Shown: in pieces, positions 1 to 14,400 of the stretch
Layout: each line of letters opens with the position of its first letter
Position numbering within the stretch: position 1 is the first letter of the stretch
Source of the DNA: Eledone cirrhosa
Lineage: Eukaryota
Assembly: GCA_964016885.1 (NCBI GenBank)
Contig: OZ024760.1
Coordinates: 30,442,001-30,506,000, forward strand
DNA length: 64,000 bases
Direction: 5' to 3'
The notes under the pieces: model-generated
The model's input: the letters and a program-made list of their open reading frames with translations, nothing else
The model's database searches: none
Told to the model about the DNA's origin: nothing
Made by a program: the position numbers and the translations under genes

Positions 1-3000
1 AATGTTATGTAATGTAATGTATAATGTAATGTAATGTAATGTAATGTGTAATGTAATGTAATGTTATGTAATGTAATGTATAATGTAATGTAATGTAATG
101 TAATATGTAATGTAATGTAATGTGTAATGTAGTGTAATGTAATGTAATGTAATATGTAATGTAATGTAATGTAATGTAATGTGTAATGTAATGTAATGTA
201 ATGTGATGTAACGTGCAATGTAATGTAATGTAATGTAATGTGTAATGTAATGTAATGTAATGTAATGTAATGCAATGTAATGTAATGTAATGTAATGTAA
301 TGTAATGTAATGTAATGTAATGTAATGTAATGTAATGTGTAATGTAATGTAATGTAATATAATGTAATGTAATGTAATGTAATGTGTAATGTAATGTAAT
401 GTAATGTAATGTGCAATGTAATGTGATGTAATGTAATGTGTAATGTAAAGTAATGTATAATGTAATGTAATGTAATGTGTAATGTAATGTAATGTAATGT
501 AATGTGTAATGTAATGTAATGTAATGTGTAATGTAATGTAATGTAATGTAATGTGTAATGTAATGTAATGTAATGTAATGTAATGTAATGTAATGTAATG
601 TGTAATGTAATGCAATGTAATGTAATGTAATGCAATGTAATGTAATGTAATGTAATGTAATGTAATGTAATGAAATGTGATGTGTAATGTGTAATGCAAT
701 GTAATGTAACGTAATGTAATGTAATGTAATGTAATGTAATGTAATGTAATGTAATGTAATGTAATGTAATGTAATGTAATGTAATGTAATGTAATGTAAT
801 GTAATGTAATGTAATGTAATGTAATGTAATGTAATATGTAATGTAATGTAATGTAATGTAATGTGTAATGTAATGTAATGTAATGTAATGTAATGTGTAA
901 TGTAATGTAATGTAATGTAATGTAATGTGTAATGTAATGTAATGTAATGTAATGTGTAATGTAATGTAATGTAATGTAATGTAATGTGTAATGTAATGTA
1001 ATGTGTAATGTAATGTAATGTAATGTAATGTAATGTAATGTGTAATGTAATGTAATGTGTAATGTAATGTGTAATGTAATGTAACGTAATGTAATGTAAT
1101 GTAATGTAATGTAATATGTAATGTAATGTAATGTAATGTAATTTAATGTAATGTCTAATGTAATGTAATGTAATGTAATGTAATGTAATGTGTAATGTAA
1201 TGTAATGTTAAGTAATGTAATGTGTAATGTAATGCAATGTAATATAATGTAATGTGTCATGTAGTGTAACGTAATGTAATGTAATGTAATGTAATATGTA
1301 ATGTAATGTAATGTGTAATGTAATGTAATGTAATGTAATGTGTAATGTAATGTAATGTAATGTAATGTAATGTAATGTAATGTGTAATGTAATGTAATGT
1401 AATGTAATGTGTAATGTAATGTAATGTGTAACGTAACGTAATGTAATGTAATGTAATGTAATGTAATGTAATGTAATGTAATGTAATGTAATGTAATGTG
1501 TAATGTAATGTAATGTAATGTAATGTAATGTGTAATGTAATGTAATGTAATCTAATGTAATGTGTAATGTAATGTAATGTAATGTAATGTAATGTAATGT
1601 AATGTAATGTAATGTAATGTGTAACGTAATGTAATGTAATGTAATGTAACGTAATGTAATGTAATGTAATGTAATGTAATGTGTAATGTAATGTAATGTA
1701 ATGTAATGTAATGTAAAGTAATGTAATGAAATGTAATGTGTAATGTGTAATGCAATGCAATGTAATGTAATGTAATGTAATGTAATGTAATGTAATGTAA
1801 TGTAATGTAATGTAATGTAATGTAATGTGTAATGTAATGTAATGTAATGTAATGTAATGTAATGTAATGCAATGCAATGTAATGTAATGTAATGTAATGT
1901 AATGTAATGTAATGTAATGTAATGTAATGTGTAATGTGTAATGTAATGTAATGTAATGTAATGTGTATTGTAATGTAATGTAATGTGTAATGTAATGTAA
2001 TGTAATGTGTAATGTAATGTAATGTGTAATGTAATGTAATGTGTAATGTAATGTAATGTTATGTAATGTAATGTATAATGTAATGTAATGTAATGTAATG
2101 TGTAATGTAATGTAATGTTATGTAATGTAATGTATAATGTAATGTAATGTAATGTAATATGTAATGTAATGTAATGTGTAATGTAGTGTAATGTAATGTA
2201 ATGTAATATGTAATGTAATGTAATGTAATGTAATGTGTAATGTAATGTAATGTAATGTGATGTAACGTGCAATGTAATGTAATGTAATGTAATGTGTAAT
2301 GTAATGTAATGTAATGTAATGTAATGCAATGTAATGTAATGTAATGTAATGTAATGTAATGTAATGTAATGTAATGTAATGTAATGTAATGTGTAATGTA
2401 ATGTAATGTAATATAATGTAATGTAATGTAATGTAATGTGTAATGTAATGTAATGTAATGTAATGTGCAATGTAATGTGATGTAATGTAATGTGTAATGT
2501 AAAGTAATGTATAATGTAATGTAATGTAATGTGTAATGTAATGTAATGTAATGTAATGTGTAATGTAATGTAATGTAATGTGTAATGTAATGTAATGTAA
2601 TGTAATGTGTAATGTAATGTAATGTAATGTAATGTAATGTAATGTAATGTAATGTGTAATGTAATGCAATGTAATGTAATGTAATGCAATGTAATGTAAT
2701 GTAATGTAATGTAATGTAATGTAATGAAATGTGATGTGTAATGTGTAATGCAATGTAATGTAACGTAATGTAATGTAATGTAATGTAATGTAATGTAATG
2801 TAATGTAATGTAATGTAATGTAATGTAATGTAATGTAATGTAATGTAATGTAATGTAATGTAATGTAATGTAATATGTAATGTAATGTAATGTAATGTAA
2901 TGTGTAATGTAATGTAATGTAATGTAATGTAATGTGTAATGTAATGTAATGTAATGTAATGTAATGTGTAATGTAATGTAATGTAATGTAATGTGTAATG

Positions 3001-3423
3001 TAATGTAATGTAATGTAATGTAATGTGTAATGTAATGTAATGTGTAATGTAATGTAATGTATAATGTAATGTAATGTAATGTGTAATGTAATGTAATGTA
3101 ATGTGTAATGTATTGTAATGTAATGTAATGTGCAATGTAATGTAATGTAATGTAATGTATAATGTAATGTAATGTAATGTGTAATGTAATGTAATGTAAT
3201 GTAATGTAATGTGTAATGTAACGTAATGTAATGTAATGTGTAATGTAATGTAATGTAATGTAATGTGTAATGTAATGTAATGTAATGTAATGTGTAATGT
3301 AATGTATTGTAATGTAATGTAATTGTTTCTAATTTAGGCACAAGGTCAGCAATTACCCTGTGCATTACTGGTACTTTATTTTATCGACCGCGTAAGGATG
3401 AAAAGCAAAGTCAACCTCGGTGG

Positions 3424-3432
3424 GATTTGAAC
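3424..3432 (-). promoter_or_regulatory. Pol III internal promoter B box (GTTCAAATC) of the SINE; equivalent site in all 12 copies
   Basis: Exact match to GTTCRANNC on the minus strand. Copy 11 has GTTCAAGTC. Confidence 0.85.
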
Positions 3433-3485
3433 TCAGATCGTAAAGGGACGTAACTATGCTGGAAAGCATGGCGTCCGACCCTCTA

Positions 3486-3497
3486 CCGATACTGCCA
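3486..3497 (-). promoter_or_regulatory. Pol III internal promoter A box (TGGCAGTATCGG) of the SINE
   Basis: Approximate match to the TRGCNNARYNGG consensus, 10 nt from the element 5' end and about 53 nt upstream of the B box. Mutated to TGGTTATATCGG in copy 9. Confidence 0.7.
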
Positions 3498-4735
3498 ATC
3501 CACCGCCGTTTGTAATGTAATGTAATGTAATGCAATGTAATGTAACGTAATGTAATGTAATGTAATGTAATGTAATGTAATGTGTAATGTAATGTGATGT
3601 AATGTAATGTAATGTAATGTAACGTAATGTAATGTAATGTAATGTAATGTAATGTAATGTAATGTAGTGAAAATGTAATGTAATGTGTAATGTAATGTGT
3701 AACGTAATGTAATGTGTAATGTAATGTAATGTAATGTAATGTAATGTAATGTAATGTAATGTGTAATGTAATGTAATGTAATGTAATGTTTAATGTAATG
3801 TAACGTAATGTAATGTAATGTAATGTTTAATGTAATGTAATGTAATGTAACGTGCAATGTAATGTAATGTAATGTAATGTGTAATGTAAAGTAATGTATA
3901 ATGTAATGTAATGTAATGTAATGTGTAATGTAATGTAATGTAATGTAAAGTAATGTAATGTAATGTAATGTAATGTAATGTGTAATGTAATGTAATGTAA
4001 AGTAATGTAATGTGTAGTGTAATGTAATTTAATGTAATGTAGCGTAATGTGTAATGTAGTGTAATGTAATATAATGTTTAATGTAAAGTAACGTAATGTA
4101 ATGTAATGTAATGTGTAATGTAATGTAATGTAATGTGTAATGTAATGTAATGTAATGTAATGTAATGTAATGTGTAATGTGTAATGTAATGTAATGTAAT
4201 GTAATGTAATGTTATGTAATGTAATGTAGTGTAATGTAATGTAATGCAACGTAATATAATGTAATGTAATGTAATGTAATGTGTAATGTAATGTAATGTA
4301 ATGTGTAATGTAATGTAATGTAATGTGTAATGTAATGTAATGTAATGTGTAATGTAATGTAATGTAATGTGTAATGTAATGTAATGTGTAATGTAATGTA
4401 ATGTTATGTAATGTAATGTATAATGTAATGTAATGTAATGTAATGTAATGTGTAATGTAATGTAATGTAGTGTAATGTATAATGTAATGTAATGTGTAAT
4501 GTAATGTAATGTAATGTGTAATGTAATGTAATGTAATGTAATGTAATGTGCAATGTAATGTAATGTAATGTAATGTGTAATGTAATGTAATGTATAATGT
4601 AATGTAATGTAATGTACTGTGTAATGTAATGTAATGTAATGTGTAATGTAATGTAATGTAATGTAATGTAATGTAATGTGTAATGTAATGTAATGTAATG
4701 TAATGTGTAATGTAATGTATCGTAATGTAATGTAA

Positions 4736-4920
4736 TTGTTTCTAATTTAGGCACAAGGTCAGCAATTACCCTGTGCATTACTGGTACTTTATTTTATCGA
4801 CCCCGTAAGGATGAAAAGCAAAGTCAACCTCGGTGGGATTTGAACTCAGATCGTAAAGGGACGTAACTATGCTGGAAAGCATGGCGTCCGACCCTCTACC
4901 GATACTGCCAATCCACCGCC
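4736..4920 (-). mobile_element. tRNA-derived SINE, copy 2 (HOR type B)
   Basis: Matches copy 1 except for GACCCCGT. Flanks are GTATCGTAAT on the left and GTTTGTGATG on the right. Confidence 0.88.
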
Positions 4921-7900
4921 GTTTGTGATGTAATGTAATGTAATGTAATGTTTAATGTAATGTAATGTAATATGTAATGTAATGTAATGTAATGAAAATG
5001 TAATATAATGTGTAATGTAATGTGTAATGTAATGCAATGTGTAATGTAATGTAATGTAATGTAATGTAATGTGTAATGTAATGTAATGTAATGTAATGTA
5101 ATGTAATGTAATGTAATGTTTAATGTAATGTAACGTAATGTAATGTAATGTAATGTTTAATGTAATGTAATGTAACGTAACGTAATGTAATGTAATGTAA
5201 TGTAATGTAATGTAATGTAATGTAATATAATGAAGTGTAATGTAATGTAATGAAATGTAATGTAATGTGTAATGTAATGTAGTGTAGTGTAATGTAATGA
5301 AATGTAATGTAATGTAATGTAATGTAATGTAATGTAATGTAATGTAATGTAATGTAATGTAATGTAATGTGATGTAATGTAACGTGTAATGTAATGTAAT
5401 GTAATGTGAAATGTAATGTAATGTAATGTAATATGTAATGTAATGTAATGTTTAATGTAATTTAATGTAATGTAATGTAACGTGTAATATAATGTAAAGT
5501 AATGTAATGTAATGTAATATAATGTAATATAATGTAATGTCTAAAGTAATGTAATGTAATGTAATGTAATGCAATGTGTAATGTAATGTAATGTAATGTA
5601 ATGTAATGTAATGTAATGTGTAATGTAATGTAATGTAATATAATGTTTAATGTAATGTAACGTAATGTAATGTAATGTAATGTGTAATGTAATGTAATGT
5701 AATGTAATGTAATGTAATGTGTAATGTAATGTAATGTAATGTAATGTGTAATGTAATGTAATGTAATGTGTAATGTGTAATGTGTAATGTGTAATGTAAT
5801 TTAATGTAATGTAATGTAATGTAACGTAACGTAATGTAATGTAATGTAATGTAATGTAATGTAATGTAATGTAATGTAATGTAATGTGTAATGTAATGTA
5901 ATGTAATGTAACGTAATATAACGTGTAATGTAATGTAATGTAATGTAATGTAATGTTATGTAATGTAATGTAATGTAATGTAATGTAATGTGTAATGTAA
6001 TGTAATGTAATGTAATGTAATGTGTAATGTAATGTAATGTGTAATGTAATGTGTAATGTAATGTAACGTAATGTAATGTAATGTAATGTAATGTAATATG
6101 TAATGTAATGTAATGTAATGTAATTTAATGTAATGTCTAATGTAATGTAATGTAATGTAATGTAATGTAATGTGTAATGTAATGTAATGTTAAGTAATGT
6201 AATGTGTAATGTAATGCAATGTAATATAATGTAATGTGTCATGTAGTGTAACGTAATGTAATGTAATGTAATGTAATATGTAATGTAATGTAATGTGTAA
6301 TGTAATGTAATGTAATGTAATGTGTAATGTAATGTAATGTAATGTAATGTAATGTAATGTAATGTGTAATGTAATGTAATGTAATGTAATGTGTAATGTA
6401 ATGTAATGTGTAACGTAACGTAATGTAATGTAATGTAATGTAATGTAATGTAATGTAATGTAATGTAATGTAATGTAATGTAATGTGTAATGTAATGTAA
6501 TGTAATGTAATGTAATGTGTAATGTAATGTAATGTAATCTAATGTAATGTGTAATGTAATGTAATGTAATGTAATGTAATGTAATGTAATGTAATGTAAT
6601 GTAATGTAATGTGTAACGTAATGTAATGTAATGTAATGTAACGTAATGTAATGTAATGTAATGTAATGTAATGTAATGTGTAATGTAATGTAATGTAATG
6701 TAATGTAATGTAAAGTAATGTAATGAAATGTAATGTGTAATGTGTAATGCAATGCAATGTAATGTAATGTAATGTAATGTAATGTAATGTAATGTAATGT
6801 AATGTAATGTAATGTAATGTAATGTAATGTAATGTAATGTAATGTGTAATGTAATGTAATGTAATGTAATGTAATGTAATGTAATGCAATGCAATGTAAT
6901 GTAATGTAATGTAATGTAATGTAATGTAATGTAATGTAATGTAATGTGTAATGTGTAATGTAATGTAATGTAATGTAATGTGTATTGTAATGTAATGTAA
7001 TGTGTAATGTAATGTAATGTAATGTGTAATGTAATGTAATGTGTAATGTAATGTAATGTGTAATGTAATGTAATGTTATGTAATGTAATGTATAATGTAA
7101 TGTAATGTAATGTAATGTGTAATGTAATGTAATGTTATGTAATGTAATGTATAATGTAATGTAATGTAATGTAATATGTAATGTAATGTAATGTGTAATG
7201 TAGTGTAATGTAATGTAATGTAATATGTAATGTAATGTAATGTAATGTAATGTGTAATGTAATGTAATGTAATGTGATGTAACGTGCAATGTAATGTAAT
7301 GTAATGTAATGTGTAATGTAATGTAATGTAATGTAATGTAATGCAATGTAATGTAATGTAATGTAATGTAATGTAATGTAATGTAATGTAATGTAATGTA
7401 ATGTAATGTGTAATGTAATGTAATGTAATATAATGTAATGTAATGTAATGTAATGTGTAATGTAATGTAATGTAATGTAATGTGCAATGTAATGTGATGT
7501 AATGTAATGTGTAATGTAAAGTAATGTATAATGTAATGTAATGTAATGTAATGTAATGTGTAATGTAATGTAATGTAATGTAATGTGTAATGTAATGTAA
7601 TGTAATGTGTAATGTAATGTAATGTAATGTAATGTGTAATGTAATGTAATGTAATGTAATGTAATGTAATGTAATGTAATGTGTAATGTAATGCAATGTA
7701 ATGTAATGTAATGCAATGTAATGTAATGTAATGTAATGTAATGTAATGTAATGAAATGTGATGTGTAATGTGTAATGCAATGTAATGTAACGTAATGTAA
7801 TGTAATGTAATGTAATGTAATGTAATGTAATGTAATGTAATGTAATGTAATGTTATGTAATGTAATGTAATGTAATGTAATGTAATGTAATATGTAATGT

Positions 7901-8339
7901 AATGTAATGTAATGTAATGTGTAATGTAATGTAATGTAATGTAATGTAATGTGTAATGTAATGTAATGTAATGTAATGTAATGTGTAATGTAATGTAATG
8001 TAATGTAATGTGTAATGTAATGTAATGTAATGTAATGTAATGTGTAATGTAATGTAATGTGTAATGTAATGTAATGTATAATGTAATGTAATGTAATGTG
8101 TAATGTAATGTAATGTAATGTGTAATGTATTGTAATGTAATGTAATGTGCAATGTAATGTAATGTAATGTAATGTATAATGTAATGTAATGTAATGTGTA
8201 ATGTAATGTAATGTAATGTAATGTAATGTGTAATGTAACGTAATGTAATGTAATGTGTAATGTAATATAATGTAATGTAATGTGTAATGTAATGTAATGT
8301 AATGTAATGTGTAATGTAATGTATTGTAATGTAATGTAA

Positions 8340-8524
8340 TTGTTTCTAATTTAGGCACAAGGTCAGCAATTACCCTGTGCATTACTGGTACTTTATTTTA
8401 TCGACCGCGTAAGGATGAAAAGCAAAGTCAACCTCGGTGGGATTTGAACTCAGATCGTAAAGGGACGTAACTATGCTGGAAAGCATGGCGTCCGACCCTC
8501 TACCGATACTGCCAATCCACCGCC
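8340..8524 (-). mobile_element. tRNA-derived SINE, copy 3 (type A)
   Basis: Same sequence and immediate flanks as copy 1. Confidence 0.88.
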
Positions 8525-11281
8525 GTTTGTAATGTAATGTAATGTAATGCAATGTAATGTAACGTAATGTAATGTAATGTAATGTAATGTAATGTAATGT
8601 AATGTGTAATGTAATGTGATGTAATGTAATGTAATGTAATGTAACGTAATGTAATGTAATGTAATGTAATGTAATGTAATGTAATGTAGTGAATATGTAA
8701 TGTAATGTGTAATGTAATGTGTAACGTAATGTAATGTGTAATGTAATGTAATGTAATGTAATGTAATGTAATGTAATGTAATGTAATGTGTAATGTAATG
8801 TAATGTAATGTAATGTTTAATGTAATGTAACGTAATGTAATGTAATGTAATGTTTAATGTAATGTAATGTAATGTAACGTGCAATGTAATGTAATGTAAT
8901 GTAATGTGTAATGTAAAGTAATGTATAATGTAATGTAATGTAATGTAATGTGTAATGTAATGTAATGTAATGTAAAGTAATGTAATGTAATGTAATGTAA
9001 TGTAATGTGTAATGTAATGTAATGTAAAGTAATGTAATGTGTAATGTAACGTAATGTAATGTAATGTAATGTGTAATGTAATATAATGTAATGTAATGTA
9101 ATGTGTAATGTAATGTAATGTGTAATGTAATGTAATGTAATGTAATGTAATGTAATGTAATGTAATGTAATGTAATGTGTAATGTAATGTAATGTAATGT
9201 AATGTGTAATGTAATGTAATGTAATGTAATGTAATGTGTAATGTAATGTAATGTGTAATGTAATGTAATGTAATGTAATGTAATGTAATGTAATGTGTAA
9301 TGTAATGTAATGTAATGTGTAATGTAATGTAATGTAATGTAATGTAATGTAATGTAATGTAATTTAATGTAATGTAATGTAATGTAATGTAATGTAATGT
9401 GTAATGTAAAGTAATGTATAATGTAATGTAATGTAATGTAATGTGTAATGTAATGTAATGTAATGTAATGTAATGTAATGTGTAATGTAATGTAATGTAA
9501 TGTAATGTGTAATGTAACGTAATGTAATGTAATGTAATGTGTAATGTAATGTAATGTGTAATGTAATGTAATGTAATGTAATGTAATGTGTAATGTAATG
9601 TAATGTAATGTAATGTGTAATGTAATGTAATGTAATGTAATGTAATGTAATGAAATGTAATGTGTAATGTGTAATGCAATGTAATGTAATGTAATGTAAT
9701 GTAATGTAATGTAATGTAATGTAATGTAATGTAATGTAATGTAATGTAATGTAATGTAATGTGTAATGTAATGTGATGTAATGTAATGTAGTGTAATGTA
9801 ATGCAATGTAATGTAATGTAATATAATGTAATGTAATGTAATGTAATGTAATGTAATGTAATGTAATGTAATGTAATGTGTAATGTAACGTAATGTAATG
9901 TGTAATGTAATATAATGTAATGTAATATGTAATGTAATGTAATGTTTAATGTAATGTAATGTAATATAATGTAATATAATGTAATGTATAATGTAATGGA
10001 ATGTAATGTAATGTAATGTAATGCAATGTGTAATGTAATGTAATGTAATATAATGTTTAATGTAATGTAACGTAATGTAATGTAATGTAATGTGTAATGT
10101 AATGTAATGTAATGTAATGTAATGTAATGTAATGTAATGTAATGTAATGTGTAATGTAATGTAATGTAATGTAATGTGTAATGTAATGTAACGTAATGTA
10201 ATGTGTAATGTGTAATGTAATTTAATGTAAAGTAATGTAAGGTAATGTAATGTAATGTAACGTAATGTAATGTAATATGTAATGTAATGTAATGTAATGT
10301 AATGTAATGTAATGTAATGTAATGTAATGTAATGTAATGTGTAATGTAATGTAATGTAATGTAATGTAATGTAATGTGTAATGTAATGTAATGTGTAATG
10401 TAATGTAATGTAATGTAATATAATGTAATATAATGTAATGTATAATGTAATGTAATGTAATGCAATGTGTAAGGTAATGTAATGTAATGTAATGTAATGT
10501 AATGTAAGGTAATGTGTAATGTGTAATGTAATGTAATGTAAAGTAATGTAATGTGTAGTGTAATGTAATTTAATGTAATGTAGCGTAATGTGTAATGTAG
10601 TGTAATGTAATATAATGTTTAATGTAAAGTAACGTAATGTAATGTAATGTAATGTGTAATGTAATGTAATGTAATGTGTAATGTAATGTAATGTAATGTA
10701 ATGTAATGTAATGTGTAATGTGTAATGTAATGTAATGTAATGTAATGTAATGTTATGTAATGTAATGTAGTGTAATGTAATGTAATGCAACGTAATATAA
10801 TGTAATGTAATGTAATGTAATGTGTAATGTAATGTAATGTAATGTGTAATGTAATGTAATGTAATGTGTAATGTAATGTAATGTAATGTGTAATGTAATG
10901 TAATGTAATGTGTAATGTAATGTAATGTGTAATGTAATGTAATGTTATGTAATGTAATGTATAATGTAATGTAATGTAATGTAATGTAATGTGTAATGTA
11001 ATGTAATGTAGTGTAATGTATAATGTAATGTAATGTGTAATGTAATGTAATGTAATGTGTAATGTAATGTAATGTAATGTAATGTAATGTGCAATGTAAT
11101 GTAATGTAATGTAATGTGTAATGTAATGTAATGTATAATGTAATGTAATGTAATGTACTGTGTAATGTAATGTAATGTAATGTAATGTGTAATGTAATGT
11201 AATGTAATGTAATGTAATGTAATGTGTAATGTAATGTAATGTAATGTAATGTGTAATGTAATGTATCGTAATGTAATGTAA

Positions 11282-11466
11282 TTGTTTCTAATTTAGGCAC
11301 AAGGTCAGCAATTACCCTGTGCATTACTGGTACTTTATTTTATCGACCCCGTAAGGATGAAAAGCAAAGTCAACCTCGGTGGGATTTGAACTCAGATCGT
11401 AAAGGGACGTAACTATGCTGGAAAGCATGGCGTCCGACCCTCTACCGATACTGCCAATCCACCGCC
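11282..11466 (-). mobile_element. tRNA-derived SINE, copy 4 (type B)
   Basis: Same sequence and immediate flanks as copy 2, 6546 bp downstream of it. Confidence 0.88.
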
Positions 11467-14400
11467 GTTTGTGATGTAATGTAATGTAATGTAATGTTTA
11501 ATGTAATGTAATGTAATATGTAATGTAATGTAATGTAATGAAAATGTAATATAATGTGTAATGTAATGTGTAATGTAATGCAATGTGTAATGTAATGTAA
11601 TGTAATGTAATGTAATGTGTAATGTAATGTAATGTAATGTAATGTAATGTAATGTAATGTAATGTTTAATGTAATGTAACGTAATGTAATGTAATGTAAT
11701 GTTTAATGTAATGTAATGTAACGTAACGTAATGTAATGTAATGTAATGTAATGTAATGTAATGTAATGTAATAAAATGAAGTGTAATGTAATCTAATGAA
11801 ATGTAATGTAATGTGTAATGTAATGTAGTGTAGTGTAATGTAATGAAATGTAATGTAATGTAATGTAATGTAATGTAATGTAATGTAATGTAATGTAATG
11901 TAATGTAATGTGATGTAATGTAACGTGTAATGTAATGTAATGTAATGTGAAATGTAATGTAATGTAATGTAATATGTAATGTAATGTAATGTTTAATGTA
12001 ATTTAATGTAATGTAATGTAACGTGTAATATAATGTAAAGTAATGTAATGTAATGTAATATAATGTAATATAATGTAATGTCTAAAGTAATGTAATGTAA
12101 TGTAATGTAATGCAATGTGTAATGTAATGTAATGTAATGTAATGTAATGTAATGTAATGTGTAATGTAATGTAATGTAATATAATGTTTAATGTAATGTA
12201 ACGTAATGTAATGTAATGTAATGTGTAATGTAATGTAATGTAATGTAATGTAATGTAATGTGTAATGTAATGTAATGTAATGTAATGTGTAATGTAATGT
12301 AATGTAATGTGTAATGTGTAATGTGTAATGTGTAATGTAATTTAATGTAATGTAATGTAATGTAATGTAACGTAACGTAATGTAATGTAATGTAATGTAA
12401 TGTAATGTAATGTAATGTAATGTAATGTAATGTGTAATGTAATGTAATGTAATGTAACGTAATATAACGTGTAATGTAATGTAATGTAATGTAATGTAAT
12501 GTTATGTAATGTAATGTAATGTAATGTAATGTAATGTAATGTGTAATGTAATGTAATGTAATGTAATGTAATGTAATGTGTAATGTAATGTAATGTGTAA
12601 TGTAATGTGTAATGTAATGTAACGTAATGTAATGTAATGTAATGTAATGTAATATGTAATGTAATGTAATGTAATGTAATTTAATGTAATGTCTAATGTA
12701 ATGTAATGTAATGTAATGTAATGTAATGTGTAATGTAATGTAATGTTAAGTAATGTAATGTGTAATGTAATGCAATGTAATATAATGTAATGTGTCATGT
12801 AGTGTAACGTAATGTAATGTAATGTAATGTAATATGTAATGTAATGTAATGTGTAATGTAATGTAATGTAATGTAATGTGTAATGTAATGTAATGTAATG
12901 TAATGTAATGTAATGTAATGTGTAATGTAATGTAATGTAATGTAATGTGTAATGTAATGTAATGTGTAACGTAACGTAATGTAATGTAATGTAATGTAAT
13001 GTAATGTAATGTAATGTAATGTAATGTAATGTAATGTAATGTGTAATGTAATGTAATGTAATGTAATGTAATGTGTAATGTAATGTAATGTAATCTAATG
13101 TAATGTGTAATGTAATGTAATGTAATGTAATGTAATGTAATGTAATGTAATGTAATGTAATGTAATGTGTAACGTAATGTAATGTAATGTAATGTAACGT
13201 AATGTAATGTAATGTAATGTAATGTAATGTAATGTGTAATGTAATGTAATGTAATGTAATGTAATGTAAAGTAATGTAATGAAATGTAATGTGTAATGTG
13301 TAATGCAATGCAATGTAATGTAATGTAATGTAATGTAATGTAATGTAATGTAATGTAATGTAATGTAATGTAATGTAATGTAATGTAATGTAATGTGTAA
13401 TGTAATGTAATGTAATGTAATGTAATGTAATGTAATGCAATGCAATGTAATGTAATGTAATGTAATGTAATGTAATGTAATGTAATGTAATGTAATGTGT
13501 AATGTGTAATGTAATGTAATGTAATGTAATGTGTATTGTAATGTAATGTAATGTGTAATGTAATGTAATGTAATGTGTAATGTAATGTAATGTGTAATGT
13601 AATGTAATGTGTAATGTAATGTAATGTTATGTAATGTAATGTATAATGTAATGTAATGTAATGTAATGTGTAATGTAATGTAATGTTATGTAATGTAATG
13701 TATAATGTAATGTAATGTAATGTAATATGTAATGTAATGTAATGTGTAATGTAGTGTAATGTAATGTAATGTAATATGTAATGTAATGTAATGTAATGTA
13801 ATGTGTAATGTAATGTAATGTAATGTGATGTAACGTGCAATGTAATGTAATGTAATGTAATGTGTAATGTAATGTAATGTAATGTAATGTAATGCAATGT
13901 AATGTAATGTAATGTAATGTAATGTAATGTAATGTAATGTAATGTAATGTAATGTGTAATGTAATGTAATGTAATATAATGTAATGTAATGTAATGTAAT
14001 GTGTAATGTAATGTAATGTAATGTAATGTGCAATGTAATGTGATGTAATGTAATGTGTAATGTAAAGTAATGTATAATGTAATGTAATGTAATGTAATGT
14101 AATGTGTAATGTAATGTAATGTAATGTAATGTGTAATGTAATGTAATGTAATGTGTAATGTAATGTAATGTAATGTAATGTGTAATGTAATGTAATGTAA
14201 TGTAATGTAATGTAATGTAATGTAATGTGTAATGTAATGCAATGTAATGTAATGTAATGCAATGTAATGTAATGTAATGTAATGTAATGTAATGTAATGA
14301 AATGTGATGTGTAATGTGTAATGCAATGTAATGTAACGTAATGTAATGTAATGTAATGTAATGTAATGTAATGTAATGTAATGTAATGTAATGTAATGTT

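Larger units (their letters stand above)
3323..3507 (-). mobile_element. tRNA-derived SINE, copy 1 (HOR type A)
   Basis: The minus strand reads GGCGGTGGATTGGCAGTATCGGTAGAG...GAGTTCAAATCCC...GACTTTGCTTTTCATCCTTACGCGGTCGATAAAATAAAGTACCAG...CCTTGTGCCTAAATTAGAAACAA, then (TTACA)n. It has Pol III A and B boxes, no ORF of its own and a simple-repeat tail. The central block resembles, from memory only, the Meta-domain/octopus OR-type SINEs. Type A marker is GACCGCGT (G at 3390). Confidence 0.88.

Noticed and set aside
3390-3480. Hammerhead ribozyme in the interspersed element (GATGA...GAAA)
   Set aside because: The required CUGANGA core is absent (the sequence is AGGATGA), and the three flanking stems cannot be built.
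3415-3507. Functional tRNA gene
   Set aside because: A and B boxes are present, but I cannot form a canonical cloverleaf (poor T-stem, no 7-nt anticodon loop). The head is followed by a SINE body and a repeat tail.
3323-3507. Assignment to eel UnaSINE1 because of the TGTAA repeat, or to a specific organism
   Set aside because: The tail here reads (TTACA)n in the SINE sense, the reverse complement of the UnaSINE1 tail. The resemblance to Meta-domain/octopus SINEs is from memory and needs a database search.
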